Shown here piece by piece: positions 63,992 through 64,000 of a stretch of 64,000 nt of DNA. The stretch is from the NCBI GenBank assembly GCA_964620655.1, contig CAZUJW010000004.1, positions 18,611 to 82,610 on the forward strand, written 5' to 3'. The notes below the pieces were generated by a model. The model was not told the DNA's origin. It made no database searches and saw only the letters and a list, made by a program, of their open reading frames with translations. This DNA comes from an uncultured Christensenella sp. (GTDB lineage Bacteria > Bacillota > Clostridia > Christensenellales > DTU072). The position numbers and the translations under genes are program-made. The stretch's first letter is position 1. The number at the start of each line of letters is the position of its first letter.

Positions 63992-64000
63992 CCACAAAAA

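Noticed and set aside
63773-63997. 74-aa minus-strand ORF spanning the inverted-repeat element
   Set aside because: It starts and ends inside the two terminal inverted repeats, has no RBS, and has a Lys/Arg/Phe-rich low-complexity translation. It is more likely non-coding.

Overview
This 64-kb window looks like a chromosomal segment of a Bacillota (Clostridia-like) genome. That call rests on gene content (tmk-holB-yaaT, nfeD-floA, Bacillus-type dnaB/dnaI, fhs, queH). All family assignments come from motif recognition in the supplied or hand-made translations; no searches were run.

The dominant feature is missing from the supplied ORF track. Coordinates 1-25337 appear to be one uninterrupted minus-strand reading frame of at least 8,445 codons. 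It starts at 25337 with an RBS and a signal peptide plus lipobox, sits behind a perfect TTGACA-17-TATAAT promoter, and runs off the left edge of the window. This giant predicted lipoprotein has no nucleotide-level repeats. At the protein level it shows about 12 diverged beta-rich modules marked by a recurring x-Y-[IVLA]-[DN]-x element, very long helical inserts carrying a recurrent A-W-x-x-[LFI] motif, and carboxypeptidase-regulatory-like beta-sandwich segments near the window edge. I could not assign it to a known giant-adhesin family.

The rest of the window falls into three parts:
- 25.7-36.1 kb, housekeeping genes on the plus strand: feoAB, fhs, a frameshifted Sir2 deacylase, greA, lysS, tmk, holB, yaaT/ricT, a lipoprotein and yjbQ.
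- 36.4-47.8 kb, a surface-protein island: a lipoprotein with Listeria-Bacteroides repeats and BspA-type LRRs, a 1,028-aa orphan lipoprotein, a membrane-anchored LCAT-like lipase, and two MBG-repeat proteins with C-terminal TM anchors.
- 47.8-57.1 kb: nfeD-floA, malQ, a short PPTase-like gene, queH, a GH31 hydrolase, an Fe-ADH and an esterase.

Between the convergent esterase and radC genes lies an unusual structure. Two opposed arrays of a constant 9-mer (AGTGAAGTT), interleaved with variable short palindromes, flank an AT-rich core and a bidirectional terminator. Upstream of radC is a 971-aa Rad50/SbcC-like coiled-coil protein with a CPVC zinc hook but no P-loop. The window ends with dnaB(DnaD-domain)/dnaI and a 214-bp element bounded by perfect 25-bp inverted repeats. 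No tRNA, rRNA, CRISPR array or transposase was recognised.
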